A stretch of DNA of 64,000 nucleotides from Thainema sp. (GTDB taxonomy: Bacteria > Cyanobacteriota > Cyanobacteriia > Phormidesmidales > Phormidesmidaceae), in the NCBI GenBank assembly GCA_052168235.1, contig JBQLZK010000012.1, forward strand, positions 1-64,000, written 5' to 3'. The position numbers and the translations under genes are program-made. Shown here piece by piece: positions 36,152 to 46,473 of the stretch (its first letter is position 1; every line of letters begins with the position of its first letter). The notes under the pieces are model-generated. The model did not search any database. It saw nothing but the letters and a program-made list of their open reading frames with translations, and was not told the origin of the DNA.

Positions 36152-37204
36152 TCACCAATTACCACAATCCCCAACAGCAACAGGTTGCCCGCCTTGGTTG
36201 AGTGAGGTGGTCAGTGCATTGAGGATACGAACCAGATCGGCACCGATTTCTCCGGGGGAGATTTGGGACGGTTGCGATCGCAGTATGCAGTCTACAAAAT
36301 GGTCGCAGACTGACCGCAGGGGTTCGGCGGCTGGAATGGGAAGTACTTCCCGGTTTTGATTGATTGGATGATATAAGCCATCTTTAGCTTGGAAGCTACC
36401 GTGCTGGAGCGTCAGCATATCGCTGGCGAGTTCGTCGAAGATCAGTGTTCCTTCGCTGCCGACGACGCAGAGGCGGCGCTGCTTATCGGGATTACACCAG
36501 CAGAGATGAATTTTGGCCTGGAAGCCACTGGCATAGGTTAATGTCACCCAAACCAAATCGGATAGCCCGTTGGGGAAAAAGGTGGCATCGCCAGCATCGG
36601 GCTGGAGCCAAACCTGCCCTTCAGCCTGTACCTGAATGGGAGAATCGCCTAGCCAAGCATTGAAAATTGCAATATCGTGAATCGCCAAATCCCACAGTGC
36701 ATCGACATCCCAGCGGACGGGACTCAAGTGCGATCGCGTTGCATAGCCATAGCGGGGCTGGCCTAACGTGCCGTTTTGCAGAACGGACTGGCCAGTGCGG
36801 ACTGCTGGATGAAATAAATAGGTGTGGTCAATTACCAAAAGTCGCTGCTGCTGTTTCGCTAAGGCACAGAGCGCCTGGGATTCCTCTGCTTTTAGAGTTA
36901 AGGGTTTTTCGGCCAGCACGTGCTTGTTTTGCTTCAGCGCTGTTTCTATCAACCAGTAGTGCGTAGTGGCAGGCGTGGCGATGACGACGGCATCAATTGT
37001 CGCCAATGACAGCACTGTGTCTGGATCAGTGGTCAGTACAACTTGGGAGTTGAGCTGAAATTGATCTGCGATCGCACTTAGCCGCTCGGCTGACGGATCG
37101 ACAACGGCAGTAACGTTAACCTGGGGATGAGCCAGAAAATTGCGCAGCAGATGGATGCCCCATCGACCCACGCCGAAGATGGCAATAGCAAGTTGGGCAG
37201 TCAT
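36152..37204 (-). CDS. Gfo/Idh/MocA-family NAD-dependent oxidoreductase
   Basis: GVGRWG, IATPATTH, HVLAEKP, LWDLAIHD. Confidence 0.9.
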   Translation of the reverse strand: MTAQLAIAIFGVGRWGIHLLRNFLAHPQVNVTAVVDPSAERLSAIADQFQLNSQVVLTTDPDTVLSLATIDAVVIATPATTHYWLIETALKQNKHVLAEKPLTLKAEESQALCALAKQQQRLLVIDHTYLFHPAVRTGQSVLQNGTLGQPRYGYATRSHLSPVRWDVDALWDLAIHDIAIFNAWLGDSPIQVQAEGQVWLQPDAGDATFFPNGLSDLVWVTLTYASGFQAKIHLCWCNPDKQRRLCVVGSEGTLIFDELASDMLTLQHGSFQAKDGLYHPINQNREVLPIPAAEPLRSVCDHFVDCILRSQPSQISPGEIGADLVRILNALTTSLNQGGQPVAVGDCGNW

Positions 37205-37234
37205 TTGGGCTGTAAAGGCTGTAAAGGGCTGTAA

Positions 37235-37330
37235 TACGAAGTTCGGCTAAAACCCGAGAATTTATTTTGTCGAGACACGGCATGTCGTGTCCCAACAAAA
37301 TAAATTGGTTCTTACAGACAGACTTGATAC
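37235..37330. repeat. MITE-like shell with imperfect central hairpin
   Basis: AATTTATTTTGT-CGAGACACGGCATGTCGTGTCCCA-ACAAAATAAATT (37259-37306). Confidence 0.6.
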
Positions 37331-37400
37331 AAGGGTTGTAAAGGATGGTTGAGCTTATAGTAGGTGCCAAAGCACCTACTACAGTGAAAATCACCTAGCG

Positions 37401-38933
37401 TTAGTCTGCCCAGTTTTTGGCTCGCTGAACGGCTTTGAGCCAATATTGGAAATTGGCCTGTACTTGTTCGCTGTGTTCGCTGGGTTCAAAGACCCGATCC
37501 ACTTTGCGATCGCGCACCAGATCGTCGTAGCTTGACCAGAAATCAGAGGCTAAACCTGCGGCAAAAGCGGCACCTTGAGCGGTGGCGTCGAGGACGGCGG
37601 GACGCTCGACCGGGATACCGAGCGCATCGGCCTGAAACTGCATTAGAAAATTATTCTGGCTGGCACCACCATCGACCTTGAGCCGTTTAATCGGCGTACT
37701 GCCGTCTTCGTTCATCGCCTGCACCACTTCGGCCACTTCATAGGCGATCGCTTCCAGGACAGAGCGCACCATGTGTTCTCGCTGGACACCGCCTGTGATG
37801 CCGATAAATGTCGCGCGGGCGTTCATATCCCAGTGGGGTGCGCCCAAACCGCTGAGGGCAGGCACAAAGTAGACGCCGCCGTTATCTTCTACCTTTTTCG
37901 CCATATCTTCCGTATCGGCAGCGCTAGTAATCAGTTGAATGCCATCTCGCAGCCATTGGATACAGGCTCCAGCGGTAAACATGCTACCTTCGAGGGCATA
38001 GCCTACTTTAGTATCACCACCAGTATCACCACCGTTGCGTCCTGCTTCTGTCCAGGCGACAGTGGTGAGCAGGTTATTGTGCGATCGCACAATTTCTGAG
38101 CCGGTATGGGACACCAGAAAGGCTCCCGTCCCGTAGGTACACTTGAGCAAGCCAGGCCGATTACAGCCGTGAGCAAACAGAGCGGCCTGCTGGTCACCCA
38201 AGATCGCCATAATCGGAATTTCGGCCCCCATGACCTCCGGATCGGTAAAGCCAAACTTGCCCAAACTGGGACGAATTTCGGGCATGATATGGGCTGGAAT
38301 GCCAAAGATCTCCAGCAGTTTCGGATCCCACTGCCGCGACTCAATATTGAGCAGCATGGTGCGGCTGGCGTTGCTGTCATCCGTCGCGTGAACTTTGCGC
38401 CCGGTCAAATTCCACAGCACCCAGGTATCGACGGTGCCCGCTAGAACATTCTCAATTTCAAAGGGCGGATCAAGCTGCTCATTTTGCACCCGATCGAGCA
38501 GCCAAGCGAGCTTGCTAGCCGAGAAGTAAGCATCCAGCACCAGTCCAGTACGCTGTGCAATTTCGTCGGCCAGCCCTTTTTGCCGCAGTTCGTTGCACAA
38601 GGGAGCCGTCCGCCGATCCTGCCAGACGATTGCATTATGCAGGGGGCGCCCACTGCTTTTATCCCACAGCAAGCAGGTTTCCCGCTGTACCGTCAGCCCA
38701 ATGGCGGCAATTTCATCGGGTTGAATCCCGGCTCTTTGAATGGCGGTTTGAATAGCCCACTGGGTATCTTGCCAGATTTCGCGCGGATCATGATCCAGCC
38801 AGCCCGGTTGGGGATAATACTGGGTTAGTTCCTTATAGGCTTGTCCGGCGATTTCTCCTTCACGATTAAATAGAATGGCTCGATTCCCCGTAGTGCCTAG
38901 GTCTAGAGCCATGATGTAATCTTTATTTGCCAT
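37401..38933 (-). CDS. glpK: Glycerol kinase
   Basis: ALDLGTTGNR, QRETCLLW, IVWQDRRT, YFSASK, GDQQAAL, TYGTGAF, GLGAPHW. Confidence 0.96.
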   Translation of the reverse strand: MANKDYIMALDLGTTGNRAILFNREGEIAGQAYKELTQYYPQPGWLDHDPREIWQDTQWAIQTAIQRAGIQPDEIAAIGLTVQRETCLLWDKSSGRPLHNAIVWQDRRTAPLCNELRQKGLADEIAQRTGLVLDAYFSASKLAWLLDRVQNEQLDPPFEIENVLAGTVDTWVLWNLTGRKVHATDDSNASRTMLLNIESRQWDPKLLEIFGIPAHIMPEIRPSLGKFGFTDPEVMGAEIPIMAILGDQQAALFAHGCNRPGLLKCTYGTGAFLVSHTGSEIVRSHNNLLTTVAWTEAGRNGGDTGGDTKVGYALEGSMFTAGACIQWLRDGIQLITSAADTEDMAKKVEDNGGVYFVPALSGLGAPHWDMNARATFIGITGGVQREHMVRSVLEAIAYEVAEVVQAMNEDGSTPIKRLKVDGGASQNNFLMQFQADALGIPVERPAVLDATAQGAAFAAGLASDFWSSYDDLVRDRKVDRVFEPSEHSEQVQANFQYWLKAVQRAKNWAD

Positions 38934-39228
38934 CTCAATATCAATAAAACTTCCAAATCAACATGTCCCACATGGGTTGCTTGAAACCACAATGTCTGGG
39001 ATCAAGGGCTGATATCTATCCCAGGTGTCATTTGCACCCTAACACTTCAAATATCTGTCCCAAAAACTCCAAAAGTTGGATTCACTACTGCTTGAGACCA
39101 GATCGCTCGGCGGGACAAGGTCGGATTCTTTTTCGGTTGTAAATACAATCTGTAATATTTCAGCAACAGGTGACGACTGCTGAGCTTCTAAAATCGGCTA
39201 TTTTTTGAGGGGTCGTCCGAAAATAGAC

Positions 39229-39272
39229 AAAAAAAAGCCGGCAGAGGAAGTCCACCAAGGTACATCTGCCAG
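39229..39272 (-). terminator. Orphan minus-strand intrinsic terminator (possible sRNA 3' end)
   Basis: Minus strand GCTGGCAGA..N..TCTGCCGGC followed by T8, far from the nearest stop codon. Confidence 0.55.
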
Positions 39273-39542
39273 CACAGTCTCACCATGTAATGTTAGATAT
39301 GTCAGATAACTCGTTCGAGTTATTTGGCATATCTCTCAATATTATCAACAACAACCTGATTTGATCAGCTCTATCTAAAGATAGATCTTAAAAAAGATGA
39401 ATTTTGTTTTTCAGGATATTATTCTGAGCCGGTAACCATCGACTAAAACAGCTCTGTTTTTTTCTACAGAGAAAGCCAATATTGTCAGGAAAATCCAGGA
39501 AAAGTTGATATCGCTGTAGCTTTATTAGATAGCTGGTGAACT

Positions 39543-39595
39543 ACGTTGATTATGAACAGGCCGCCCCAGCGGGGCGGCCTGTTCATAATCAACGT
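39543..39595. repeat. Perfect hairpin, 25-bp arms, AGC loop
   Basis: ACGTTGATTATGAACAGGCCGCCCC AGC GGGGCGGCCTGTTCATAATCAACGT. Confidence 0.9.
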
Positions 39596-39667
39596 TGCTA
39601 TAGTCATTAGCTGTTACAGTCTGTAACAGGACGATAACAGGACAGTAGCTTGTTGTTGAAAGACACC

Positions 39668-40777
39668 TCATTCACTGCCATAAGCTGATTGGGCAAACGG
39701 TAGCTCATTAATCCGGTTCCAGCGATAAATGCGATCGCGGAACGCCTTCCACCCTGTATAAATCTCTTGGAACGTCCCGTCCTCCTGCGCCATTTGGTCG
39801 TAAAGCGCCAACGAAGCCTCTTCTGCTGCCGCTAAAATCTCAGGGCTATAGGCAACCAGTTCCACCCCATCAGCCTGCAATCGCTCCAAAGCTTCTCCAT
39901 TGAGCGCATTGTACTGGGCCAGCGTAGTCAAGTTTGTCTCATAAGCGGCTGTGGCGAAGGCGGTTTGATAACTGGTGGGTAGTTCATCCCAAGCCGATTG
40001 GTTGACCAATGCTTCTAGCGTAGCGCTAGGTTCCCACCAGCCCGGATAGTAATAGTATTGAGCCGCTTTTTGCAGTCCCAGCTTTTCGTCATCATGGGGG
40101 CCGACCCATTCGGCAGCATCGATTGCGCCCCGCTCCAGCGCCAAAAAGATTTCGCCACCGGGTAGCACCTGCACACTAACACCTAGCTCCTGCATGATTT
40201 TGCCGCCCATGCCTGGAATGCGCATTTTTAATCCACCCAAATCAGAAATTGTTTGGACGGGTCGCTTAAACCAGCCACCCATTTGTGCCCCAGTGTTTCC
40301 TGCCGGAAAATTGATGATGCCAAAGTCAGCATAAATCTGGCGCAGCGCCTCTAGTCCGCCGCCGTAGTAGAGCCAGGCATTTTGCTGATCAGCCATCAAG
40401 CCAAAAGGCAATGCTGTGCCAAAGGCCAGCGCCGGATTTTTGCCCGTGTAGTAGTAACTGGCGGTATGGCCGCATTGAACAGCTCCGTTCTGCACAGCGT
40501 CTAAGACTTCCAGCCCTCCGACCAGCTCACCCGCAGAATAGGGTGTAATGACAAACTGACCATTGGTCATTTCAGAAACCCGTTGACAGAGCTGTTGGGC
40601 AGAACCGTATAACACGTCCAGCGCTTCTGGCCAGCTTGTCGCCATCCGCCACTCAACCGACGGTTGGCTGTTAGTCGTATTGGAACCCGATTCGGGTGCA
40701 GATGCAGTACAGCCATAGAGCAATGTCGTAGCTGCGGCACTTGTGGTAGCCGTACTGAGAAAGGATCGGCGTTTCAT
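39668..40777 (-). CDS. TRAP transporter substrate-binding protein (DctP/TakP type), Tat signal
   Basis: MKRRSFL Tat motif, WRMATSWP, GNTGAQMGGWF, LKMRIPG, IDAAEWVGP, YYYPGWWEP. Confidence 0.92.
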   Translation of the reverse strand: MKRRSFLSTATTSAAATTLLYGCTASAPESGSNTTNSQPSVEWRMATSWPEALDVLYGSAQQLCQRVSEMTNGQFVITPYSAGELVGGLEVLDAVQNGAVQCGHTASYYYTGKNPALAFGTALPFGLMADQQNAWLYYGGGLEALRQIYADFGIINFPAGNTGAQMGGWFKRPVQTISDLGGLKMRIPGMGGKIMQELGVSVQVLPGGEIFLALERGAIDAAEWVGPHDDEKLGLQKAAQYYYYPGWWEPSATLEALVNQSAWDELPTSYQTAFATAAYETNLTTLAQYNALNGEALERLQADGVELVAYSPEILAAAEEASLALYDQMAQEDGTFQEIYTGWKAFRDRIYRWNRINELPFAQSAYGSE

Positions 40778-41276
40778 TGTGATGTCGAGAAATGGTGATA
40801 TTGAGAAGTGATAAACGTAGCTTCGCTGTGAATGATTGAGCGATGAACGATTGATCGAATAGTAGAAGAGGATGGTAAGCCTTCCAGCGTATAGTTCGAA
40901 AGCTTTACATTCGCGGCATTTTGCCGATCGCATTTTAGGAAAACTGGATTGCTGCTCACAGCTGGCGGGTTTGCTGCAGCGAATGCTAGTTTTTTTTGTG
41001 GAACTACCTCAACATAAAAATCCCAATCCAAGTCACTCAAGGATTGGGAAATTTGGTGTCAAACCAAGCAACATTAGAGAGTTGACCTTATAATGCCCGC
41101 TTAATTTGAATGCCGCACAAAAACGCGCGGTTTTTCATCTTTTTGTAATTAAACGATACATACAGCGCCATGTTATCGTCATCTATCGTTTTTATCGTAA
41201 TAAAACTCCTACATAGGGACTAGCCAGATTGGAAAATGATCGCTAGCCTGACGGTGAAGTCTGAGGTCATTCCCCT

Positions 41277-42740
41277 ATGCAGATACACACTCCAGATTGG
41301 GTCAAACACGCCGTTTTTTATCAAATTTTTCCCGATCGCTTTGCCCGTAGTAGTCGCTCCCATCCAGATTCGATTCGTGAGATCACATTTGAAGACTGGG
41401 ATGTTGACCCTACGCTCCAGGGCTACAAGGGTGGCGATCTGTGGGGTGTTGTGGACAAGCTTGACTATCTGCAAGACTTAGGGATCAACGCCATTTATTT
41501 CACGCCAATTTTCCAATCCACCGCCAACCATCGCTATCACACCCACGACTACTATCAGGTTGATCCAATTCTGGGTGGTGACCCAGCCTTCTTTGAACTG
41601 CTCGAAGCGGCCCATCAGCGAGATATCAAAGTCGTGTTAGACGGCGTGTTTAACCACACGGGACGAGGGTTCTACTTTTTTAATGACATTCTCGAAAATG
41701 GCCCCTATTCTCCTTGGTTGCACTGGTTCAAGATTGAAGGTTGGCCCTTATCTGCTTATGATGGCAATTTCCCGGCTAACTATGTCGGCTGGGTCGGCAA
41801 TCGGGCACTGCCAGAGTTTAATCACGACAATCCAGCGGTGCGCGAGTACATTATGCGGGTGGGAGAATACTGGGTTAAGGCTGGCATAGATGGCTGGCGA
41901 TTAGATGTGGCGTTCGAAATTGAAACGCCTGGATTTTGGCAAGAATTTCGCGATCGCATCAAAGCTATTAATCCCGAAGCCTACATCGTGGGCGAAGTCT
42001 GGACCGATTCGCGCCAGTGGCTGGACGGCACCCAGTTTGACGGCGTGATGAACTATCTCTTCACAGGCCCAACAATGGCCTTCACCGCTGGCGATCGAGT
42101 CCAGCGAGAATACGTTGAAATTCCCGATTATTATCCTTATCCAGCTTTGGATGCGGCTGGCTATGCTGACAAGATTAAATCGCTCCTCCAGCTTTATCCG
42201 TGGGAAATCCAGCTCACTCAGTTGAACCTACTCTCCAGCCACGATACGGCTCGCATCCTGACGATTGTGGATCACGATCATGCCAGTGTAGAGCTGTCTA
42301 CGCTGCTAACGCTGACATTTCCCGGTGCGCCCAGCATTTACTACGGTGATGAAGTCGGCTTGCCCGGTGGTCTTGACCCCGATTCACGCCGAGTCTTCCC
42401 GAAACTGGAGAAATGGAACCAGGATTTATACAACTGTCACAAACAGCTTATTGCCTTACGTCATGCCCATCCGGCCCTGAGGACAGGCGATTATCACGTC
42501 CTGTTAGCAGACGGACTGCTGTATGTCTTTTTGCGATCGCTACCTGACGAAGAAATCATCGTCGCCGTCAATGCTGGCACTGAAACCGCAACGGCATCGG
42601 TTGCAATCAAGAATTTGCCGCTCAAAACCCAGCCCAGCCAAACCCTGTACGGAAAAGGGCAGTTAACCTACACAGACGACAGCGGGGAAACGCATTTGAG
42701 TGTGGAGGTTGCACCAAGAGCCGGGCTGATTGTTGGGTAG
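41277..42740 (+). CDS. GH13 neopullulanase/cyclomaltodextrinase-like alpha-amylase
   Basis: FYQIFPDRF, GGDLWG, HRYHTHDY, DGVFNH, DGWRLDVA, GEVW, SHD. Confidence 0.92.
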   Translation: MQIHTPDWVKHAVFYQIFPDRFARSSRSHPDSIREITFEDWDVDPTLQGYKGGDLWGVVDKLDYLQDLGINAIYFTPIFQSTANHRYHTHDYYQVDPILGGDPAFFELLEAAHQRDIKVVLDGVFNHTGRGFYFFNDILENGPYSPWLHWFKIEGWPLSAYDGNFPANYVGWVGNRALPEFNHDNPAVREYIMRVGEYWVKAGIDGWRLDVAFEIETPGFWQEFRDRIKAINPEAYIVGEVWTDSRQWLDGTQFDGVMNYLFTGPTMAFTAGDRVQREYVEIPDYYPYPALDAAGYADKIKSLLQLYPWEIQLTQLNLLSSHDTARILTIVDHDHASVELSTLLTLTFPGAPSIYYGDEVGLPGGLDPDSRRVFPKLEKWNQDLYNCHKQLIALRHAHPALRTGDYHVLLADGLLYVFLRSLPDEEIIVAVNAGTETATASVAIKNLPLKTQPSQTLYGKGQLTYTDDSGETHLSVEVAPRAGLIVG

Positions 42741-42884
42741 GAGTAAGAACTGTAGAAGCAGTCTGTACGGGTTGTAGAGGGTGCCATGCTAAAGGGTGTC
42801 AAGGAAAAGGGAAGTAAGGATTCAAATGCCCGAATCCCGTTTACCCATCTACTCTCCCACCCATCCACTCATCCACCCTCCCAC

Positions 42885-43346
42885 TCACACAATCCACAAA
42901 TAAACAACCGATTCCTCCTCCGTCTGAGTCATGTAAATCACCTGATCCGGTGCCCAACCTTCGATGTCGAAGTGATGGGAAACGATACGGGTGCCAGGAC
43001 GGAGCTGTTTTAGCTTGGGTTGCAACCGCAGATTCAAATGAGGCAGCAAGTACAGGGTGACAACCGTGGCATCCTGAAAATCCGCTTCGAATAAATTCTC
43101 CTGGCGGAACTGAATGCGATCGCACATGCCTGCCTGTTGCGCTGCCCTTTGGCACTGCTGAATGCGCTCTGGGTCAATGTCGATGCCGACACCCCGTGCG
43201 CCAAATCGCTGTGCGGCTGTGATCAGCACCCGTCCGTCCCCACAACCCAGGTCATAGATCAGATCATTAGATTCAACCCCTGCAACGCTCAGCATCATAT
43301 CAACGGCAAGTTGGGGTGTCGGAATGTAGCCAATATCGGGTTTCAT
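42885..43346 (-). CDS. Class I SAM-dependent methyltransferase
   Basis: YIPTP, YDLGCGDGR, GVGIDID, VVTLYLL, PGTRIVSH. Confidence 0.88.
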   Translation of the reverse strand: MKPDIGYIPTPQLAVDMMLSVAGVESNDLIYDLGCGDGRVLITAAQRFGARGVGIDIDPERIQQCQRAAQQAGMCDRIQFRQENLFEADFQDATVVTLYLLPHLNLRLQPKLKQLRPGTRIVSHHFDIEGWAPDQVIYMTQTEEESVVYLWIV

Positions 43347-44716
43347 CGTTCAATACGGCCTTGCCACTCCAGCTTTTTCTCGGCTGAGTTGTTACCTAGC
43401 GATCGTCTCGCCATCACTTCAATCTCAACATACGTACCAGGCGTTAGATACTCTGCATCAATCGGCAAGCGACCAATGTCAATTACAAAGCGGTTGTGGT
43501 TGCGCTGCACCAAATCGGCGGGAACGGTTCCCTCATACCGCGTGCGATAGCGGGACGGGCGACGACGGCCACCTTCTCCAACTCGATAGCTGACGGTGAA
43601 GTCCGTTGCCACAATGTCGGACTTGCTGGCCAAATCCACCACGGCAAACGAAAGATCTTGACTCCAGCCGCTGACCTCGGCAATATCGAGATCGGTTGCT
43701 TCCTCAGCTCGAATCAGATTTGCGATCGCAACCGTGGTCAAATTACCGTTGCTCTCCGTCTGCGCATCAACCCACAAATCATCGGTAAAGTCCACAAAAA
43801 TCTGCTGGTTTTCCGTCAGCTCCACCGTCGCATTCTGGTTAAGGTAAGGAGTGATGGACTGATCCGTATCCCAAACCACCTGCACCTGTTTTTCCACTCG
43901 TCCGGCAAACTCGCGATATTCGTCGTTTACCACTGAACCAGTAGCCAGTAGCGCCGCTGCGCCTCGCTGCGTCCGCCAGAGATTACGGGACAGATTCAAA
44001 GTGCGATCGCTTAAGTCACTCAGCCGAATTGTTTGAGTCGGGGCATCAGCCGCCAGCGGCTCAAGCTGATTGATCACCGTCAGCATTCCCGCTCGTCCCC
44101 GTGCCCCGTCGCTCCCCATCCGACCATCGCGCCCATCCTGACCATCCGTACAGGTGTAGCGTTCTGTCCGACAGTTGCCGTTATTACAGGTTTCCACTTC
44201 CCAACTGCGGTCATAGCAGTTACAGCCATCGGTGCCGCGTCCACCGCGCCCACCGCGTCCGCTCACGCCGCCTTCGGCCTGAACATAGACCCGTCGTAGC
44301 GCACTGGGGTCGTTGTAGTAAACGGTAACGTTGCCGCCGCTACCGCCATTGCCGCCACGACCACCATCGCCGCCATTACCACCATCGGCTGCCCGCAGGT
44401 TGTAGCGCACCCCGCTAGCTTGCCGCTGACAGTTGGGATAGCCTGCATCTTGACCATCACTGCCATCGCTGCCTGCTTCTCCCATCGTTTCCACACGAAT
44501 ATCGCTGCCAGTGGCCGTCACGTTGCGTTCCGAACCGGATCGTCCATCACGACCTTCCCGACCATGATTTCCATCCCAGGCATCTCGCCCAAATTCACGG
44601 GTTTCCTGCGCCCAAGCAATACCAAAGCAACGTAAGGTCGGCGATGCGATCGCAATCGAACTTGCAACAGCCAACAGACCAGCCGATGCAGCCAGCGATT
44701 TTGTCCAGCGGCTCAT
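43343..44716 (-). CDS. Secreted collagen-like (Gly-X-Y) protein
   Basis: Signal peptide; GRE/GRD/GGN/GRG triplets interleaved with Cys-containing segments. Confidence 0.75.
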   Translation of the reverse strand: MSRWTKSLAASAGLLAVASSIAIASPTLRCFGIAWAQETREFGRDAWDGNHGREGRDGRSGSERNVTATGSDIRVETMGEAGSDGSDGQDAGYPNCQRQASGVRYNLRAADGGNGGDGGRGGNGGSGGNVTVYYNDPSALRRVYVQAEGGVSGRGGRGGRGTDGCNCYDRSWEVETCNNGNCRTERYTCTDGQDGRDGRMGSDGARGRAGMLTVINQLEPLAADAPTQTIRLSDLSDRTLNLSRNLWRTQRGAAALLATGSVVNDEYREFAGRVEKQVQVVWDTDQSITPYLNQNATVELTENQQIFVDFTDDLWVDAQTESNGNLTTVAIANLIRAEEATDLDIAEVSGWSQDLSFAVVDLASKSDIVATDFTVSYRVGEGGRRRPSRYRTRYEGTVPADLVQRNHNRFVIDIGRLPIDAEYLTPGTYVEIEVMARRSLGNNSAEKKLEWQGRIER

Positions 44717-44832
44717 ACAGTCTTTCTCCTCTTCTATGGCACAGCCGTCTAGGCTGTCCTCCTTTGGTGAGTAAGGTCATCCTCTTAGGTTCAGAGCACG
44801 CTCTAAACCCAATTGATCATTCCCAAATTGTC

Positions 44833-44937
44833 TAAGTAGGTTGGCATAAATAAACGCATCTAGAAAACCGGGGGAGCACTCCGGAGGGGTGCTCCCCCGG
44901 TTTTTTAGATATGCATTTATTTATATGCGGCTACTTA
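44833..44937. mobile_element. MITE-like element with terminal inverted repeats and central hairpin
   Basis: TAAGTAGGTTGGCATAAATAAA ... TTTATTTATATGCGGCTACTTA enclosing AAAACCGGGGGAGCAC..GTGCTCCCCCGGTTTT. Confidence 0.6.
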
Positions 44938-44941
44938 ATCA

Positions 44942-45008
44942 ATACCAAATCCGACTAGAAAGAACCCGAATTACTTTTTGTAAAAGCTGGTTTCTCCGAG
45001 TGGATTTC
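44942..45008. repeat. Hairpin-less ('empty') relative of the 25643-25730 element
   Basis: ATACCAAATCCGACTAGAAAGAACCCGAATTACTTTTTGT aligns with ATACCGAATCCAAATAGAAAGAACCCAAGTTATTTTTTGT. Confidence 0.65.
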
Positions 45009-45174
45009 TTTCGTGTAATGACGCAGTCTCTATTTCAAAAGATCCATCGCAGCGGCAGCCTTACCGGAAAATTTGCTTTCAAGCTTTATGATTCTTCCAC
45101 TGAAAAACGCCGTGACTGTAAAAGACGGCAACAAAATGGCACAATGCGATTTTATTGGGTAGGTTGAAACGCTC

Positions 45175-45516
45175 ATGGATTACGCCACTGCTCACGATTT
45201 CATCCTGACTCAGGGTGCTGACTTCGAGAAATCGACTGAAACCTTTCTGCAACGGCTGCGACAGGGCCAGCCACCGATTCCGGGGCAGGTCACCTCACTG
45301 CTGCTAGCGCTTAAGGTCATGTTTGAAGGATTGCAGCAGGCTGAGCAGTTGGATCGCAGGTTGGTGTATGGCCTCTACATGCTGGCCAATGAAAGCCGCT
45401 ATTTGTATGAACAGGGCAAGCGTCAGGGGGTAATTTGGCCTCCGCTGCTGGACGAAGATCTGGGCCGAATTGCGAAGGCGGTTCGGAGCATCTTCTCTGG
45501 AACGTGGGAAAGCTAG
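45175..45516 (+). CDS. Conserved cyanobacterial hypothetical protein
   Basis: RLRQGQPPIPGQVTSLLLALK, WPPLLDEDL motifs. Confidence 0.7.
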   Translation: MDYATAHDFILTQGADFEKSTETFLQRLRQGQPPIPGQVTSLLLALKVMFEGLQQAEQLDRRLVYGLYMLANESRYLYEQGKRQGVIWPPLLDEDLGRIAKAVRSIFSGTWES

Positions 45517-45729
45517 CAATAGGTGCTTATGTAATAGGTACTTACTACTTACATAGATGGCCCGTCCGTGTAATGGTGATTGATGTAGCGGTTCGAGTAC
45601 ATTGCAATTGTTACAGTAGGTTGGAATAGATTGGCGACCAGTCGTTGACCCACTGGATTGACTCGGTTTCCATCGCTGATTTCGATTAATCGATTTCGTA
45701 GATGTCACTCAACTAAACGCTCAAGATTT

Positions 45730-46473
45730 GTGAACAAGATTTTAACGATTGTCCATCAAGAAACATCAAAACCTGGATTAGTCGGCGAGGTTCTGACCCA
45801 GCGCGGATATGAGTTGGAGTCGCGCTGTATTGCAATCGGAGACTCGCTACCGCAGACCGTGGATGAGTACGCAGCGGTCATTGTCTTCGGTGGGCCGATG
45901 AGCGCTAATGATGACCATGAACCCTATATCCGCGCTGAACTGGACTGGATTCCGACCGTTTTGGCAGCGGATAAGCCCTATTTGGGCATTTGCTTAGGAG
46001 CGCAGTTGCTTGCACGGGTACTCGGAGCCAACGTGCGGCCTCATCCCCACGATCAGCGAGAGATTGGCTATTATCCGATTTCGCCTGCCGCCAAGGTGCC
46101 TGAGTTTCGGCAATCGATGCACGTCTATCACTGGCATGGCGAAGGGTTTGAGCTGCCTAAGGATGCGGTGCTACTCGCTCAAGGCGGCGGGGCGTTTCCC
46201 AATCAGGCATTTCGCTATGGTCAACGGGCTTACGGCTTCCAGTTCCACCCCGAAATTACAGCCGACATGATTGACTTCTGGACAACCAATGGAGCCGATC
46301 AGCTCGATTTACCCGGTGCGCAGCCGCGCGATTTGCATTTTGCTAACCATCAGCAGTATGGCCATACGGTTGAACGCTGGCTCCATGCGTTTTTAGATCG
46401 CTGGTTAGGAATTGCCACCGATACGTCGGCTCATTCTCCCGTCACGATGCGATCGCTGCGTCAATCTGCTTAA
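45730..46473 (+). CDS. Class I glutamine amidotransferase
   Basis: GGPMSAND, LGICLGAQL, WHGE, FQFHPE; likely GTG start at 45730. Confidence 0.9.
   Translation: MNKILTIVHQETSKPGLVGEVLTQRGYELESRCIAIGDSLPQTVDEYAAVIVFGGPMSANDDHEPYIRAELDWIPTVLAADKPYLGICLGAQLLARVLGANVRPHPHDQREIGYYPISPAAKVPEFRQSMHVYHWHGEGFELPKDAVLLAQGGGAFPNQAFRYGQRAYGFQFHPEITADMIDFWTTNGADQLDLPGAQPRDLHFANHQQYGHTVERWLHAFLDRWLGIATDTSAHSPVTMRSLRQSA

Noticed and set aside
45175..45516. Possible dethiobiotin synthetase label to pair with the BioF-like gene
   Set aside because: Only 113 aa and no P-loop; cannot be BioD
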